Origin: Candidatus Electronema halotolerans
GTDB lineage: Bacteria; Desulfobacterota; Desulfobulbia; Desulfobulbales; Desulfobulbaceae
Assembly: GCA_942493095.1 (NCBI GenBank)
Contig: OW818675.1
Coordinates: 2,700,001-2,732,000, forward strand
Length of the DNA: 32,000 nucleotides
Direction: 5' to 3'
Position numbers and translations under genes: made by a program. Shown one piece after another: positions 10,178-17,940 of the stretch. How positions within the stretch are numbered: the first letter of the stretch is position 1; the number at the start of each line of letters is the position of its first letter. The notes under the pieces were generated by a model, which did no database searches, was not told the DNA's origin, and saw only the letters and a program-made list of their open reading frames with translations.

Positions 10178-10851
10178 GGCCGCTGTCCTGCGACATTGCC
10201 GGGCGGATCATAATGACAGACCCATATTTGTTTTTTACTGGGGCAGACAGAGATCGCGCAGCCCACCCTCCTTGTATTCCGCCAGACAATTTGCGTGTAG
10301 TGGCCGCAGATGTCAGAAGAACAAGTGTTGCTGGCATAGTCATAGTATTGGATTTCGCTGGCCCATCTGTCAACAATTTCAGCGATATGCTTCTGCTGCA
10401 CCTCAGCCCTGCCGTCAGGCCAGACCACTGCCGCCGCCTGATAGATGTTTTCACCGTAGCCGCTGTTACCGTGCTGGATGAGACAGCCGCCCCTGCCGCT
10501 CAGATAATCAGCCCATTCCTGCGCGGTCTGCGCCAGATGCTCTGACCACTGCAAAGGCGGCTCCCAGGCAGCTCTCCGCCAGCGGTTATGCGCGGCCAGC
10601 ACTGCGGTCGGATCAAGGAGGCCAGTTTGTGCCTGCAAATCCGAACCACTGTAATACGGCGCAGCTCCTCTGCCGTAATAGGCGGTGGCTGGAGAGTATT
10701 CCTCAACAGGCGTTGCGCCGTCGTCCTTCACTATCCAGATGCCGTCAGCGTCCTGATAGTAGGAAGCGGCACTGTTCTGGCTGGTGCAGACGGCAAGGGA
10801 GAGCAGGAGGGAAAACAGCGTTATTTTCTGACAAGACAATGAGATTGGCAT
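10171..10851 (-). CDS. Secreted CAP/SCP (PR-1-like) domain protein
   Basis: Signal-like N-terminus; CAP motifs 'AAHNRWRRAAWEPPLQWSEHLAQTAQEWAD', 'GHYTQIVWRNTRRVGCAISVC', 'WVCHYDPPGNVAGQRPY'. Confidence 0.93.
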   Translation of the reverse strand: MPISLSCQKITLFSLLLSLAVCTSQNSAASYYQDADGIWIVKDDGATPVEEYSPATAYYGRGAAPYYSGSDLQAQTGLLDPTAVLAAHNRWRRAAWEPPLQWSEHLAQTAQEWADYLSGRGGCLIQHGNSGYGENIYQAAAVVWPDGRAEVQQKHIAEIVDRWASEIQYYDYASNTCSSDICGHYTQIVWRNTRRVGCAISVCPSKKQIWVCHYDPPGNVAGQRPY

Positions 10852-11162
10852 GACTGCTCATGGCTTTCAGGTTGCTGGGAGAACGAACCTGCCCTGTTCC
10901 GCAGTTGGCAACGGCAGTGCAAGCCCCTGGATGCGTATCTGATCATACCCGATCAGGCGCAGGCAGGACAGCGAATTTTGTGCCGGGTGGCAAAGAAGCT
11001 GCGCGGGGAAAAATCAGGACAGGCACAGGGACGCGGCATTGCGTGGGCCGTAGGGGCGGCCCTCTGTGGCGACCCGGTATTTCCCGTTATCCCATAATGT
11101 TGCAACCGGACAGGGCCGGGCGGAAAAGAATCTGCGCGGGAAAAAGAGGCAAAAAAACAAAA

Positions 11163-12617
11163 TCACTGTCCGCCGCGCACCAACCGGACCGCGTAGGAGT
11201 TGACGCGAACGTCGTAGTAGGAACCGCTGTAGAGGAAACTGACGAACCACGCGTAGCCCGAGTTGTCAGCATACGGCGAACCGGACCAGACAACAAATTT
11301 TGCCTCAGCATTCGGAAAAGCCTGCTGGTTGATCATCGGTCTTTCCGACCCCTCGTTGCAGCGACCACTCTCTTTGTCTGCCACTCCCTTGCTGCAATGC
11401 ACCAAGGTTTTCAGCTCATCAATGGTTGGCAGCCGCCAATCAGAATATCCTGCATATTCAACATTTTTGAAACGTTCAACCGCCTCATTCCATGTATAGG
11501 TTTTCACCTTTCCCTCTTCACAATTCACCCCTTCCAACCCTTCCAAACAGCGTTTCCACATCAAGCCAGTTTTCGTGTCAGTGACCGTTCCGTCGCCATG
11601 ATCAATATATTGCCCGATTGTTCTGCCTTTCTGCGGCTCAGGCGCGGCATGATGGGCAAAGCAAGTCCGCAGCCACTGCTCCGTGAACAGCAGCGGACTG
11701 ATCTTTGCCCCGGCGAGCTGTTCAATCAGCAGGAAACACTTCTGATCTTTCGCGGTCATCTCCCGCTTGGGGATGGAGAGCAGCTGCACCGCCTCCACGA
11801 CGATGCCGTCAGTCAGCTTGTCCTGCGCGGCCAGCTCAAAGAGCGTTTTCCGGGCCGCCTGCAGCCGCTTCTCCCGCGACTCTGTGCCGCTGCGGGAGAT
11901 GATCAGTTTGCCGCCAGCCTGAAGGTGCCATTGCAGCGGCTCCTGCTGCCCGCCTTCCTCCCGGATTTTCTCGCGCACATATTCGTGCAGCTCGGTCATG
12001 TCAACCCAGCCGTCCTCGTTCCTGTCCGCCTCGCCAGTGCGGATGCCCGCAAGCAGATGCTTGGTGAACAGGCTGTGCTGGTCGCCCTCTTTTTCAAACG
12101 CTTCCTGAACGCCGGTCGAAGCGGTCATGATGAAGGTGCCGCGCCCCTCCGCCATAAGCTGAAGCTGGCCGTCAACGCCGCCTTTGGCAAAATCCTTGCC
12201 CACCGCGCCGCTGTAGCAGCAGTCCAAAATGAGGACTTTTTTCCTGACAGAATACTCGTCAAACAGGGACTTGACCGCTTCCGCCGGAATGGAGGTGGTG
12301 CGGAGCGTTTTCAGTTTGGTGTCCGCAGTCGCAAAGCAGAGCTTCCCGAACAGACTGGTTTTGCCGTGCCCGGAAAAATAGACCAGCACCAGATCATTGC
12401 CGCCCGCATCGGCCAGAACGCTTTCAATTCCCACCAGCACCTCATGGCTGGAATCGTTCTTGAAAACAACGGTCTCGGTGAACCTGCCCAAGTCCGGCGA
12501 GACCAGCAGCTCGTTGAGCGCGTCAACGTCGTTCTCCGGGCAGCGCAGCTCAGTCAGGCCCGGCTCGTCCGGGAACTTGCTGCCAGCTATGAGGATGGCG
12601 AATCGCTTTCCGGCCAT
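11163..12617 (-). CDS. Caspase-like (metacaspase-type) protease fused to a C-terminal DUF1566/Lcl-like (CLec-fold) domain; candidate DGR-diversified conflict-system effector/sensor
   Basis: 484 aa. Caspase His/Cys motifs 'LVLVYFSGHGK' and 'KVLILDCCYSGAVG'. DUF1566-type signature 'DHGDGTVTDTKTGLMWKRCLEG...WNEAVERFKNVEYAGYSDWRLPTIDEL'; terminal 'YAVRLVRGGQ'. Confidence 0.9.
   Translation of the reverse strand: MAGKRFAILIAGSKFPDEPGLTELRCPENDVDALNELLVSPDLGRFTETVVFKNDSSHEVLVGIESVLADAGGNDLVLVYFSGHGKTSLFGKLCFATADTKLKTLRTTSIPAEAVKSLFDEYSVRKKVLILDCCYSGAVGKDFAKGGVDGQLQLMAEGRGTFIMTASTGVQEAFEKEGDQHSLFTKHLLAGIRTGEADRNEDGWVDMTELHEYVREKIREEGGQQEPLQWHLQAGGKLIISRSGTESREKRLQAARKTLFELAAQDKLTDGIVVEAVQLLSIPKREMTAKDQKCFLLIEQLAGAKISPLLFTEQWLRTCFAHHAAPEPQKGRTIGQYIDHGDGTVTDTKTGLMWKRCLEGLEGVNCEEGKVKTYTWNEAVERFKNVEYAGYSDWRLPTIDELKTLVHCSKGVADKESGRCNEGSERPMINQQAFPNAEAKFVVWSGSPYADNSGYAWFVSFLYSGSYYDVRVNSYAVRLVRGGQ
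11166..11288 (-). other. Candidate DGR variable region (3' end of the caspase-DUF1566 gene)
   Basis: Encodes WSGSPYADNSGYAWFVSFLYSGSYYDVRVNSYAVRLVRGGQ. Of the 27 codons from TAT (SP|Y) to TAC (SY|AV), 24 end in C or T and none in A. Position and fold match known DGR variable regions, but no template repeat is available for comparison. Confidence 0.4.
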
Positions 12618-12973
12618 AACTGTTTCACTGCCTGAAGCGTCTGCTCAATCTGCTCCGGTCTGAGATGCTCGGCCTCAAGTTTCAGCTTCCTGCCATCCGG
12701 CACCTCAAGCTCAATCCGCAGCATTGGCTTCCGCTCAACGTAGGATTTTAGCACCTGCAACAAGGTCACGACCGTGCCACCGGAACCCAAAGCAACAAGA
12801 GCAATCTGGCCAATACTGACAAAATCGCCTTTGGCGCCAAGTCCGCCTGCGGTTTCAACCTGCCGTGCGGTCAGCTCAGTCTCTTGCTCAATGTCATGCC
12901 GCAGCCTGCCTGTCAGCTCGGCAATGTCCTCAGCCGTCATGCTGCTGTCGTGAAGGGAAAGTGTCGCGTTCAT
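12587..12973 (-). CDS. Effector-associated constant component 1 (EACC1)-like small protein
   Basis: 128 aa from MNATLSLHDSSM, with AAAGGAG RBS 6 nt upstream. 'LTGRLRHDIEQETELTARQVETAGGLGAKGDFVSIGQIALVALGSGGTVVTLLQVLKSYVERKPMLRIELEVPDGRKLKLEAE' matches the EACC1 layout: charged N-terminus, glycine-rich 'LGSGG' hydrophobic segment, then a PDGR-K strand region. Overlaps the caspase gene by 31 nt. Confidence 0.75.
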   Translation of the reverse strand: MNATLSLHDSSMTAEDIAELTGRLRHDIEQETELTARQVETAGGLGAKGDFVSIGQIALVALGSGGTVVTLLQVLKSYVERKPMLRIELEVPDGRKLKLEAEHLRPEQIEQTLQAVKQLWPESDSPSS

Positions 12974-12998
12974 AAACTGTCTCCTTTCATTAAAAAGT

Positions 12999-13033
12999 GG
13001 GGCGGATTTATTTTCAAATAATAAATCCGCCCC
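12999..13033 (-). terminator. Perfect 14-bp stem / 7-nt loop hairpin; terminator or attenuator upstream of the EACC1-like gene
   Basis: ggggcggatttatt (12999-13012) / aataaatccgcccc (13020-13033), loop ttcaaat. On the minus strand it is followed by ACTTTTTAATG before the RBS. Confidence 0.65.
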
Positions 13034-13092
13034 CTTTTGCTTAAAAAGATTGCCAGTCATTGCTTTGGAATAATCAATTCTGCAATAATTCC

Positions 13093-13281
13093 TTAATCCT
13101 GATTTTTTGTCGCATCATAAGCTGAACTGGCTGCATAATCCTGTCCATCCAAATTTTCCTCTACAGAAGAAATTGCAAGCGGCTCATCTGTCCATTGACT
13201 CAATGTCTTGAGGCTCTTGCAGAAATTGAGACTAAAATGCTCCTCAACTTCGGCAATGGTCCATTTGGAGAAAGATTTCAT
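13093..13281 (-). CDS. Short hypothetical protein, possibly an N-terminal remnant
   Basis: 62 aa ORF (MKSFSKWTIAEVEEHFSLNFCKSLKTLSQWTDEP...) immediately downstream of panC; no full domain. Confidence 0.4.
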   Translation of the reverse strand: MKSFSKWTIAEVEEHFSLNFCKSLKTLSQWTDEPLAISSVEENLDGQDYAASSAYDATKNQD

Positions 13282-13299
13282 AGCAAAACTTCCGTATGT

Positions 13300-14151
13300 T
13301 TAACTCAGCACCCGCCCATTATCAATCAGTCGCACTTTGCCGCCGATCTTCACCGCCAAAGCCAGCACGGTATCTTTATCCACTTCAGCAACTTCCTGCA
13401 CGGTCTGCTGATGAACAAAGCTGATATAATCCACCGCTGTTTCCGGGAAAGAATGGATGAACTCCCGCAGCGCCGTAGTCAGCTTGGCCGGGCTTCGTTC
13501 ACCCTCAGCAGCCATTTTGCGGGCCAAAGCAAGAGCGCGGGACAGACTGAGCGCGGCCTCCCGCTGCTCCGGGGCAAGATAGCTGTTGCGCGAACTCATG
13601 GCCAAGCCGTCCGCCTCCCGGACAATGGGATGACCGACAATCTCAACGCCCAGATTCAGATCAGCGGTCATCCGGCGGATCACGGCAAGCTGCTGAAAAT
13701 CCTTCTCACCAAAAACCGCCAGATCAGGCCGGATTATGTTGAAGAGCTTGCAAATCACGGTGGCCACTCCGGCAAAATGACCGGGCCGGGACGCGCCGCA
13801 GAGCTGGCTGGTCAGCTCCTTGCCAACCGTCACCGTGGTGCTGTGCCCGGCTGGATACATTGCTGCCGCGTCCGGGGCAAAGAGCACTGCCACGCCTTCG
13901 CCTGCCGCCATTGCCTGGTCGCGCTCAAAATTGCGCGGATAGGTGGCCAAATCCTCCTGCGGGCCAAACTGGGTCGGATTGACAAAAAGACTGACCACGA
14001 CCAAATCAGCGCGGCGGGCCGCCAGCCGCATCAGGCTGAGATGCCCTTCGTGGAAAAAACCCATAGTCGGCACCAAGCCAATGCTGCGCCCGGCCTGCAG
14101 CTGCTCTTTGGCCCAAGCCGTCATCTCGGCTGGCTGGCGGATGATGCGCAT
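13300..14151 (-). CDS. panC: Pantothenate synthetase
   Basis: 'LVPTMGFFHEGHLSLMRLA', 'VVSLFVNPTQFGPQEDLATYPR', 'GEKDFQQLAVIRRMTADL', 'MSSRNSYL'. Confidence 0.97.
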   Translation of the reverse strand: MRIIRQPAEMTAWAKEQLQAGRSIGLVPTMGFFHEGHLSLMRLAARRADLVVVSLFVNPTQFGPQEDLATYPRNFERDQAMAAGEGVAVLFAPDAAAMYPAGHSTTVTVGKELTSQLCGASRPGHFAGVATVICKLFNIIRPDLAVFGEKDFQQLAVIRRMTADLNLGVEIVGHPIVREADGLAMSSRNSYLAPEQREAALSLSRALALARKMAAEGERSPAKLTTALREFIHSFPETAVDYISFVHQQTVQEVAEVDKDTVLALAVKIGGKVRLIDNGRVLS

Positions 14152-14871
14152 TTACTTCAGCAACCGGTTCAGGCTGGCTTGGACAATCTCCTGCTCCGGG
14201 AAATTCCGGGGCATCGCGTCGTCATTTTTATTTTTGCCCATTTCTGTCAGGCCCATGTACTGCTGATAGACCTGCACGGCCTTGCTGCTGTCGCCTTTTG
14301 CCTCATAGACCCGGCCCAAGCTGTCCAAGGCCATCGGCTCAAAACCCTTGATGTCTTTGAGCTGCTGATACACGCTTTCCGCCTTGTCAAACTGCTTCTC
14401 CTGCTCATAGAGACTGCCCAAGTTGACCAAAAGCAGCGGTTTGAGAGGGCTTTTCGTCTTCACCTCTTGTTCCGCAGCCGTGAGCCGCTCAATCGCGCCT
14501 TTGAAGTTTTTCTCCTCCTGCTCAAGATGAGCCAAGGCGATGCGGCTCCAGAGCGCGGCAGGCGTGGAGCTATAGTTGTCAGTAATCTTTTGCAAGGCAG
14601 CCTTTTGCTCCTCCGCCTTTTCCAGCTCCACAGCCTGATCATAAGCTGCTGCCGCCTTGTTCAAGACATGATTGCGCCATGTGCTGTACAGGGCCGCTGC
14701 TGTGACCACCACGGCGACCGCGATGACCACTCTCCAGATGATGCGCTGATTTTTTTGAAGAAAGGTGACTAAGGCCGGAGGGAGCTGAAGCTGATCAAGG
14801 ACACCAGGGGTGCCGACAGCCGCTTGATCCTCTAATTTCACATGAAATACGTTCCGCGATTTGTCTGCCAT
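14152..14871 (-). CDS. YfgM-like membrane-anchored tetratricopeptide repeat protein
   Basis: Single TM segment (VVIAVAVVVTAAALYSTW) followed by TPR-like repeats ('LLVNLGSLYEQEKQFDKAESVYQQL'). Confidence 0.75.
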   Translation of the reverse strand: MADKSRNVFHVKLEDQAAVGTPGVLDQLQLPPALVTFLQKNQRIIWRVVIAVAVVVTAAALYSTWRNHVLNKAAAAYDQAVELEKAEEQKAALQKITDNYSSTPAALWSRIALAHLEQEEKNFKGAIERLTAAEQEVKTKSPLKPLLLVNLGSLYEQEKQFDKAESVYQQLKDIKGFEPMALDSLGRVYEAKGDSSKAVQVYQQYMGLTEMGKNKNDDAMPRNFPEQEIVQASLNRLLK

Positions 14872-15032
14872 GCGTCTTCTCTCAAGCAAAGGATGAATTT
14901 TTTTTGGAATGCTGAAAATCGGAGATTGGAGCGAATTATACCGTGCATTTTCAAAAAAAGCATATATCTTTTATTGAGCGTTGTTTCCCGATCACAACCA
15001 TGCTGAAGAGACCTTATGGAGGAGCAGCAGGC

Positions 15033-15824
15033 ATGACAGCCCAAAAGAACCAAGCGGCAAAGCAGAAGAAGTTCTGGGAGAAAATGGCGGAGAAGTATCC
15101 GCTCCCTTTTGAGGAGAAGCATTTAGCCAAGACCAAGCGGATCATCAGCATGGCCGAGCAGCGCGGGGTGCGGATTGACGGCGCGGCCATTCTTGATGTC
15201 GGCTGCGGCACTGGGGTCTATTCCCTGCCGCTGGCCCAGCAGGCAGCCAATGTGGTCGGGCTTGATCTTTCTGAAGAGATGGCCCGCCGTTTTGCGGCCC
15301 AGCAGCAGGAGCAGAGCATAGAAAACGCCTCTGTCATCCAAAGCCCGTGGAACGATACCGCAGTTGCCGAACATGGCTGGGACAAGGCCTTTGACATTGT
15401 CTGGGCCGCCATGACTCCGGCAGTGCGCAGCCCGGAAGACTTGGCCAGAATGCACCGCTGCGCCCGGACTTGGTGCGTCTATATCGGCTGGGGCGGCCTG
15501 CGGCGCAATCCTTTTTTGGAGGAGGTCTATCAGGCCCACGGCCAGGTCTTTGGCCCGCCGCCCGGAGCCAAGGCCGTGCAGGCCCATCTCTCGGCAATGG
15601 GCATTGCGGCGGAAATCGAACTGATCCACGATCATTGGGATTGGGAAGGCACAGAGGAAGAAGCGGCTGCTCATGCGGAAGGCTTTCTTCATGCCCAGAC
15701 CGAAGCCGAGCCCCAGCCGAAGCTGATCCGGGAAATCATTGCCCGCTTCAGCACAGACGGCATGGTGCGCTGCCGCAGCGAGGTGGAAAAGGGACTGATC
15801 GTCTGGCAGGCGCCCGCGCCCTGA
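15033..15824 (+). CDS. Class I SAM-dependent methyltransferase
   Basis: 'ILDVGCGTGVYSLPLAQQAANVVGLDLSEEMARRFA'. Start chosen at MTAQKNQ; an upstream in-frame Met lies at 14943. Confidence 0.85.
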   Translation: MTAQKNQAAKQKKFWEKMAEKYPLPFEEKHLAKTKRIISMAEQRGVRIDGAAILDVGCGTGVYSLPLAQQAANVVGLDLSEEMARRFAAQQQEQSIENASVIQSPWNDTAVAEHGWDKAFDIVWAAMTPAVRSPEDLARMHRCARTWCVYIGWGGLRRNPFLEEVYQAHGQVFGPPPGAKAVQAHLSAMGIAAEIELIHDHWDWEGTEEEAAAHAEGFLHAQTEAEPQPKLIREIIARFSTDGMVRCRSEVEKGLIVWQAPAP

Positions 15825-15856
15825 TGCGCGGGCGGCATTATGTTGATTTTTCCTTA

Positions 15857-15885
15857 TTGACAGAAGCAGACTATCTTCGTATGTT
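15857..15885 (+). promoter_or_regulatory. Sigma70-type promoter for the cytochrome c gene
   Basis: TTGACA (15857-15862), 17-nt spacer, TATGTT (15880-15885); about 85 nt upstream of the ATG at 15971. Confidence 0.5.
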
Positions 15886-15970
15886 GTGAGCAAAGCACAT
15901 TGAGGTGCAATCAATGCGCCTCAGCAAGCAAACTTCAAACGCACTAATGCCTTGAGCAAGGAGAAGAAGC

Positions 15971-16294
15971 ATGAAAGCCCCAATTTTTGTTGCCGCCGCC
16001 GCATGTCTGCTGGTTGCCGGCACTGCTTTCGCAAGCCAGGACCTGTTCAACAAAAACAACTGCGCCCTGTGCCACAAGCCCACGCCGGACGAAAAAGGGA
16101 TGGGACCTTCTTTGAAGGACATCGCTGCTAAGTATAAGGATGATGCGGATGGCGCCAAGAAGATTCAAGAGGCCATCAAGAATGGCAGCAAAGGCGCATG
16201 GGGTGAGAACTCCATGATGGTTCCGCAGGCCGCAGTCAGCGATGACGATGCCAAGGCAATCGCCACATGGATAAAGTCTTTGGCTGGTGAGTAA
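15971..16294 (+). CDS. Periplasmic mono-heme c-type cytochrome
   Basis: Signal peptide, one CxxCH motif (NCALCHK), C-terminal 'MMVPQAAVSDDDAKAIATWIKSL' with candidate axial Met. Confidence 0.93.
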   Translation: MKAPIFVAAAACLLVAGTAFASQDLFNKNNCALCHKPTPDEKGMGPSLKDIAAKYKDDADGAKKIQEAIKNGSKGAWGENSMMVPQAAVSDDDAKAIATWIKSLAGE

Positions 16295-16317
16295 TTCATC
16301 TGCCTGATGCGTCGTGC

Positions 16318-16342
16318 CGCAGGGTCAGTCCTTGACCCTGCG
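16318..16342 (+). terminator. Hairpin after cytochrome c gene
   Basis: Perfect 10-bp stem cgcagggtca/tgaccctgcg with loop gtcct; T tract is weak. Confidence 0.4.
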
Positions 16343-16435
16343 CAAACCTTCCGTTATTATCTGGTCTTCATTCCCGTCCCTGTCAGCAGTTTTTTTCTCT
16401 GACACCCTTTGCCTCAGACTCCAAGGAGCATCAGC

Positions 16436-17929
16436 ATGACTGAAGTTCGCGTCCGCTTTCCCCCCAGCCCGACTGGCTACCTGCATATTGGCAGTGCCCG
16501 CACCGCCCTGCTCAACTGGCTCTGGGCAAGAAAGAACAACGGCAAATTGGTGCTGCGCATTGAGGACACTGACGAGGAGCGCTCGACCCAGAAGTCGATA
16601 GACGGCATCTTGGACGGCCTGCAATGGCTGGGCTTGGACTGGGATGAGGGGCCGTATTTTCAGACTGAATTCGCTGACCAGCACCGCAAGGCGGCGGAGC
16701 GGCTCTTGGCCTCCGGTCATGCCTACAAGTGCTTCTGCACCAAGGAGGAGCTGGAGCGCAAGCGCGAGGCGGCTATGGCGGCCAAGCAGGATGAGGTCGG
16801 CTATGACGGTGCCTGCCGTCATCTCAGCCCGGAGCAGATTGCCGAGAAGGAGATTCAGGGCGCACCCTTTGTCATCCGCTTCAAGGTGCCGGAGCGCGAA
16901 GGCAAGGCAGGCTATGAGGACAAGGTGCTTGGCATCATTGAGCGGGCCTATAACGATATTGAGGACTTTGTCATTGTCCGCTCCAATGGCAAGCCGCTCT
17001 ACCTGCTCTGCAATGTGGTCGATGACATCCGCGACCGCATCACCCATATCATTCGCGGGCAGGATCATGCCAGCAACACCACCCGGCAGGTGCTCCTCTA
17101 CGAGGCACTGGGCGCGCCGCTGCCGATTTTCGCCCACATGCCCCTGACGCTGGACTTGCAGAAGCGGAAAATTTCCAAGCGCAGCCACGGCGAGATTGTC
17201 GCGGTGCAGTTCTACCGAGAGAAAGGCTTCATCCCGTGGGCCTTGTGCAACTTCCTTGCCCTGCTTGGCTGGAATCCAGGCACGGAGCAGGAAATCTTCA
17301 GCCGCGAGGAGCTGATCGAAGCCTTCAGCCTGGAGCGGATCAGCAAGGTCAACTCAGTCTTCAATCACCAGAAGGATGACCCCAAGTTCTTCACTGACCC
17401 CAAGCTGATTTCGATCAATGCCCAGTATCTTCACGCCCTGCCGCTTGAGGAGCTGGCCGTGATGGTCAAGCAGGATTTCATCAAGCAAGGCTTGTGGGAC
17501 GAGGTCTATGAGAGCGAGCGCAGGGACTGGTTCTTAGCCACGCTGGACCTAATCCGCGACCGCTTCCACACAGTTTGTGACTTTGCCACCCGGGGCCGGG
17601 CCTACTTTGCTGATGACTACGAAGTCGAAGCAGCTCCACTCAAGAAGAACATCCTCAAGCACCCTGATTTGAAAACGTGGCTGCCCATGCTGGCCGAATG
17701 CTTTGCCGTTCTGCCTGAGTTCAGCAAGGAGAGCGCGGAAGAGGCCACCCGCGCCCTTGCTGACGAGCTGGAGGTCAAGCCGGGAGTGCTGATCAACGGG
17801 ATGCGCACTGTGCTCACCGGTCAGCTGGCCGGGCCAGGCATGTTTGACATTCTGACTGCCCTTGGCAAAGACAAAGTGGTTGCCCGGCTGCGCAGCATTG
17901 AGCATCTGTACAGCAGGCCGTCAGAGTGA
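16436..17929 (+). CDS. gltX: Glutamyl-tRNA synthetase
   Basis: 'RFPPSPTGYLHIGSARTALLNWLWAR', 'DLQKRKISKRSHG' (KMSKS-type motif). Confidence 0.97.
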   Translation: MTEVRVRFPPSPTGYLHIGSARTALLNWLWARKNNGKLVLRIEDTDEERSTQKSIDGILDGLQWLGLDWDEGPYFQTEFADQHRKAAERLLASGHAYKCFCTKEELERKREAAMAAKQDEVGYDGACRHLSPEQIAEKEIQGAPFVIRFKVPEREGKAGYEDKVLGIIERAYNDIEDFVIVRSNGKPLYLLCNVVDDIRDRITHIIRGQDHASNTTRQVLLYEALGAPLPIFAHMPLTLDLQKRKISKRSHGEIVAVQFYREKGFIPWALCNFLALLGWNPGTEQEIFSREELIEAFSLERISKVNSVFNHQKDDPKFFTDPKLISINAQYLHALPLEELAVMVKQDFIKQGLWDEVYESERRDWFLATLDLIRDRFHTVCDFATRGRAYFADDYEVEAAPLKKNILKHPDLKTWLPMLAECFAVLPEFSKESAEEATRALADELEVKPGVLINGMRTVLTGQLAGPGMFDILTALGKDKVVARLRSIEHLYSRPSE

Positions 17930-17940
17930 CTTGCTTGCTG

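Noticed and set aside
10860-12635. Long + strand ORF (591 aa) antisense to the caspase-DUF1566 gene
   Set aside because: Low-complexity shadow translation of a gene with clear domain motifs on the opposite strand.
13195-14772. Long + strand ORF (525 aa) antisense to panC and the TPR gene
   Set aside because: Fully antisense to strongly supported genes, with shadow-ORF composition typical of GC-rich DNA.
15901-15930. Small hairpin tgaggtgca/tgcgcctca upstream of the cytochrome c gene as a riboswitch
   Set aside because: Short stem with a G-U pair and no known riboswitch architecture; insufficient support.
16325-17188. Minus-strand ORF antisense to gltX
   Set aside because: Shadow of gltX; no recognisable domain.
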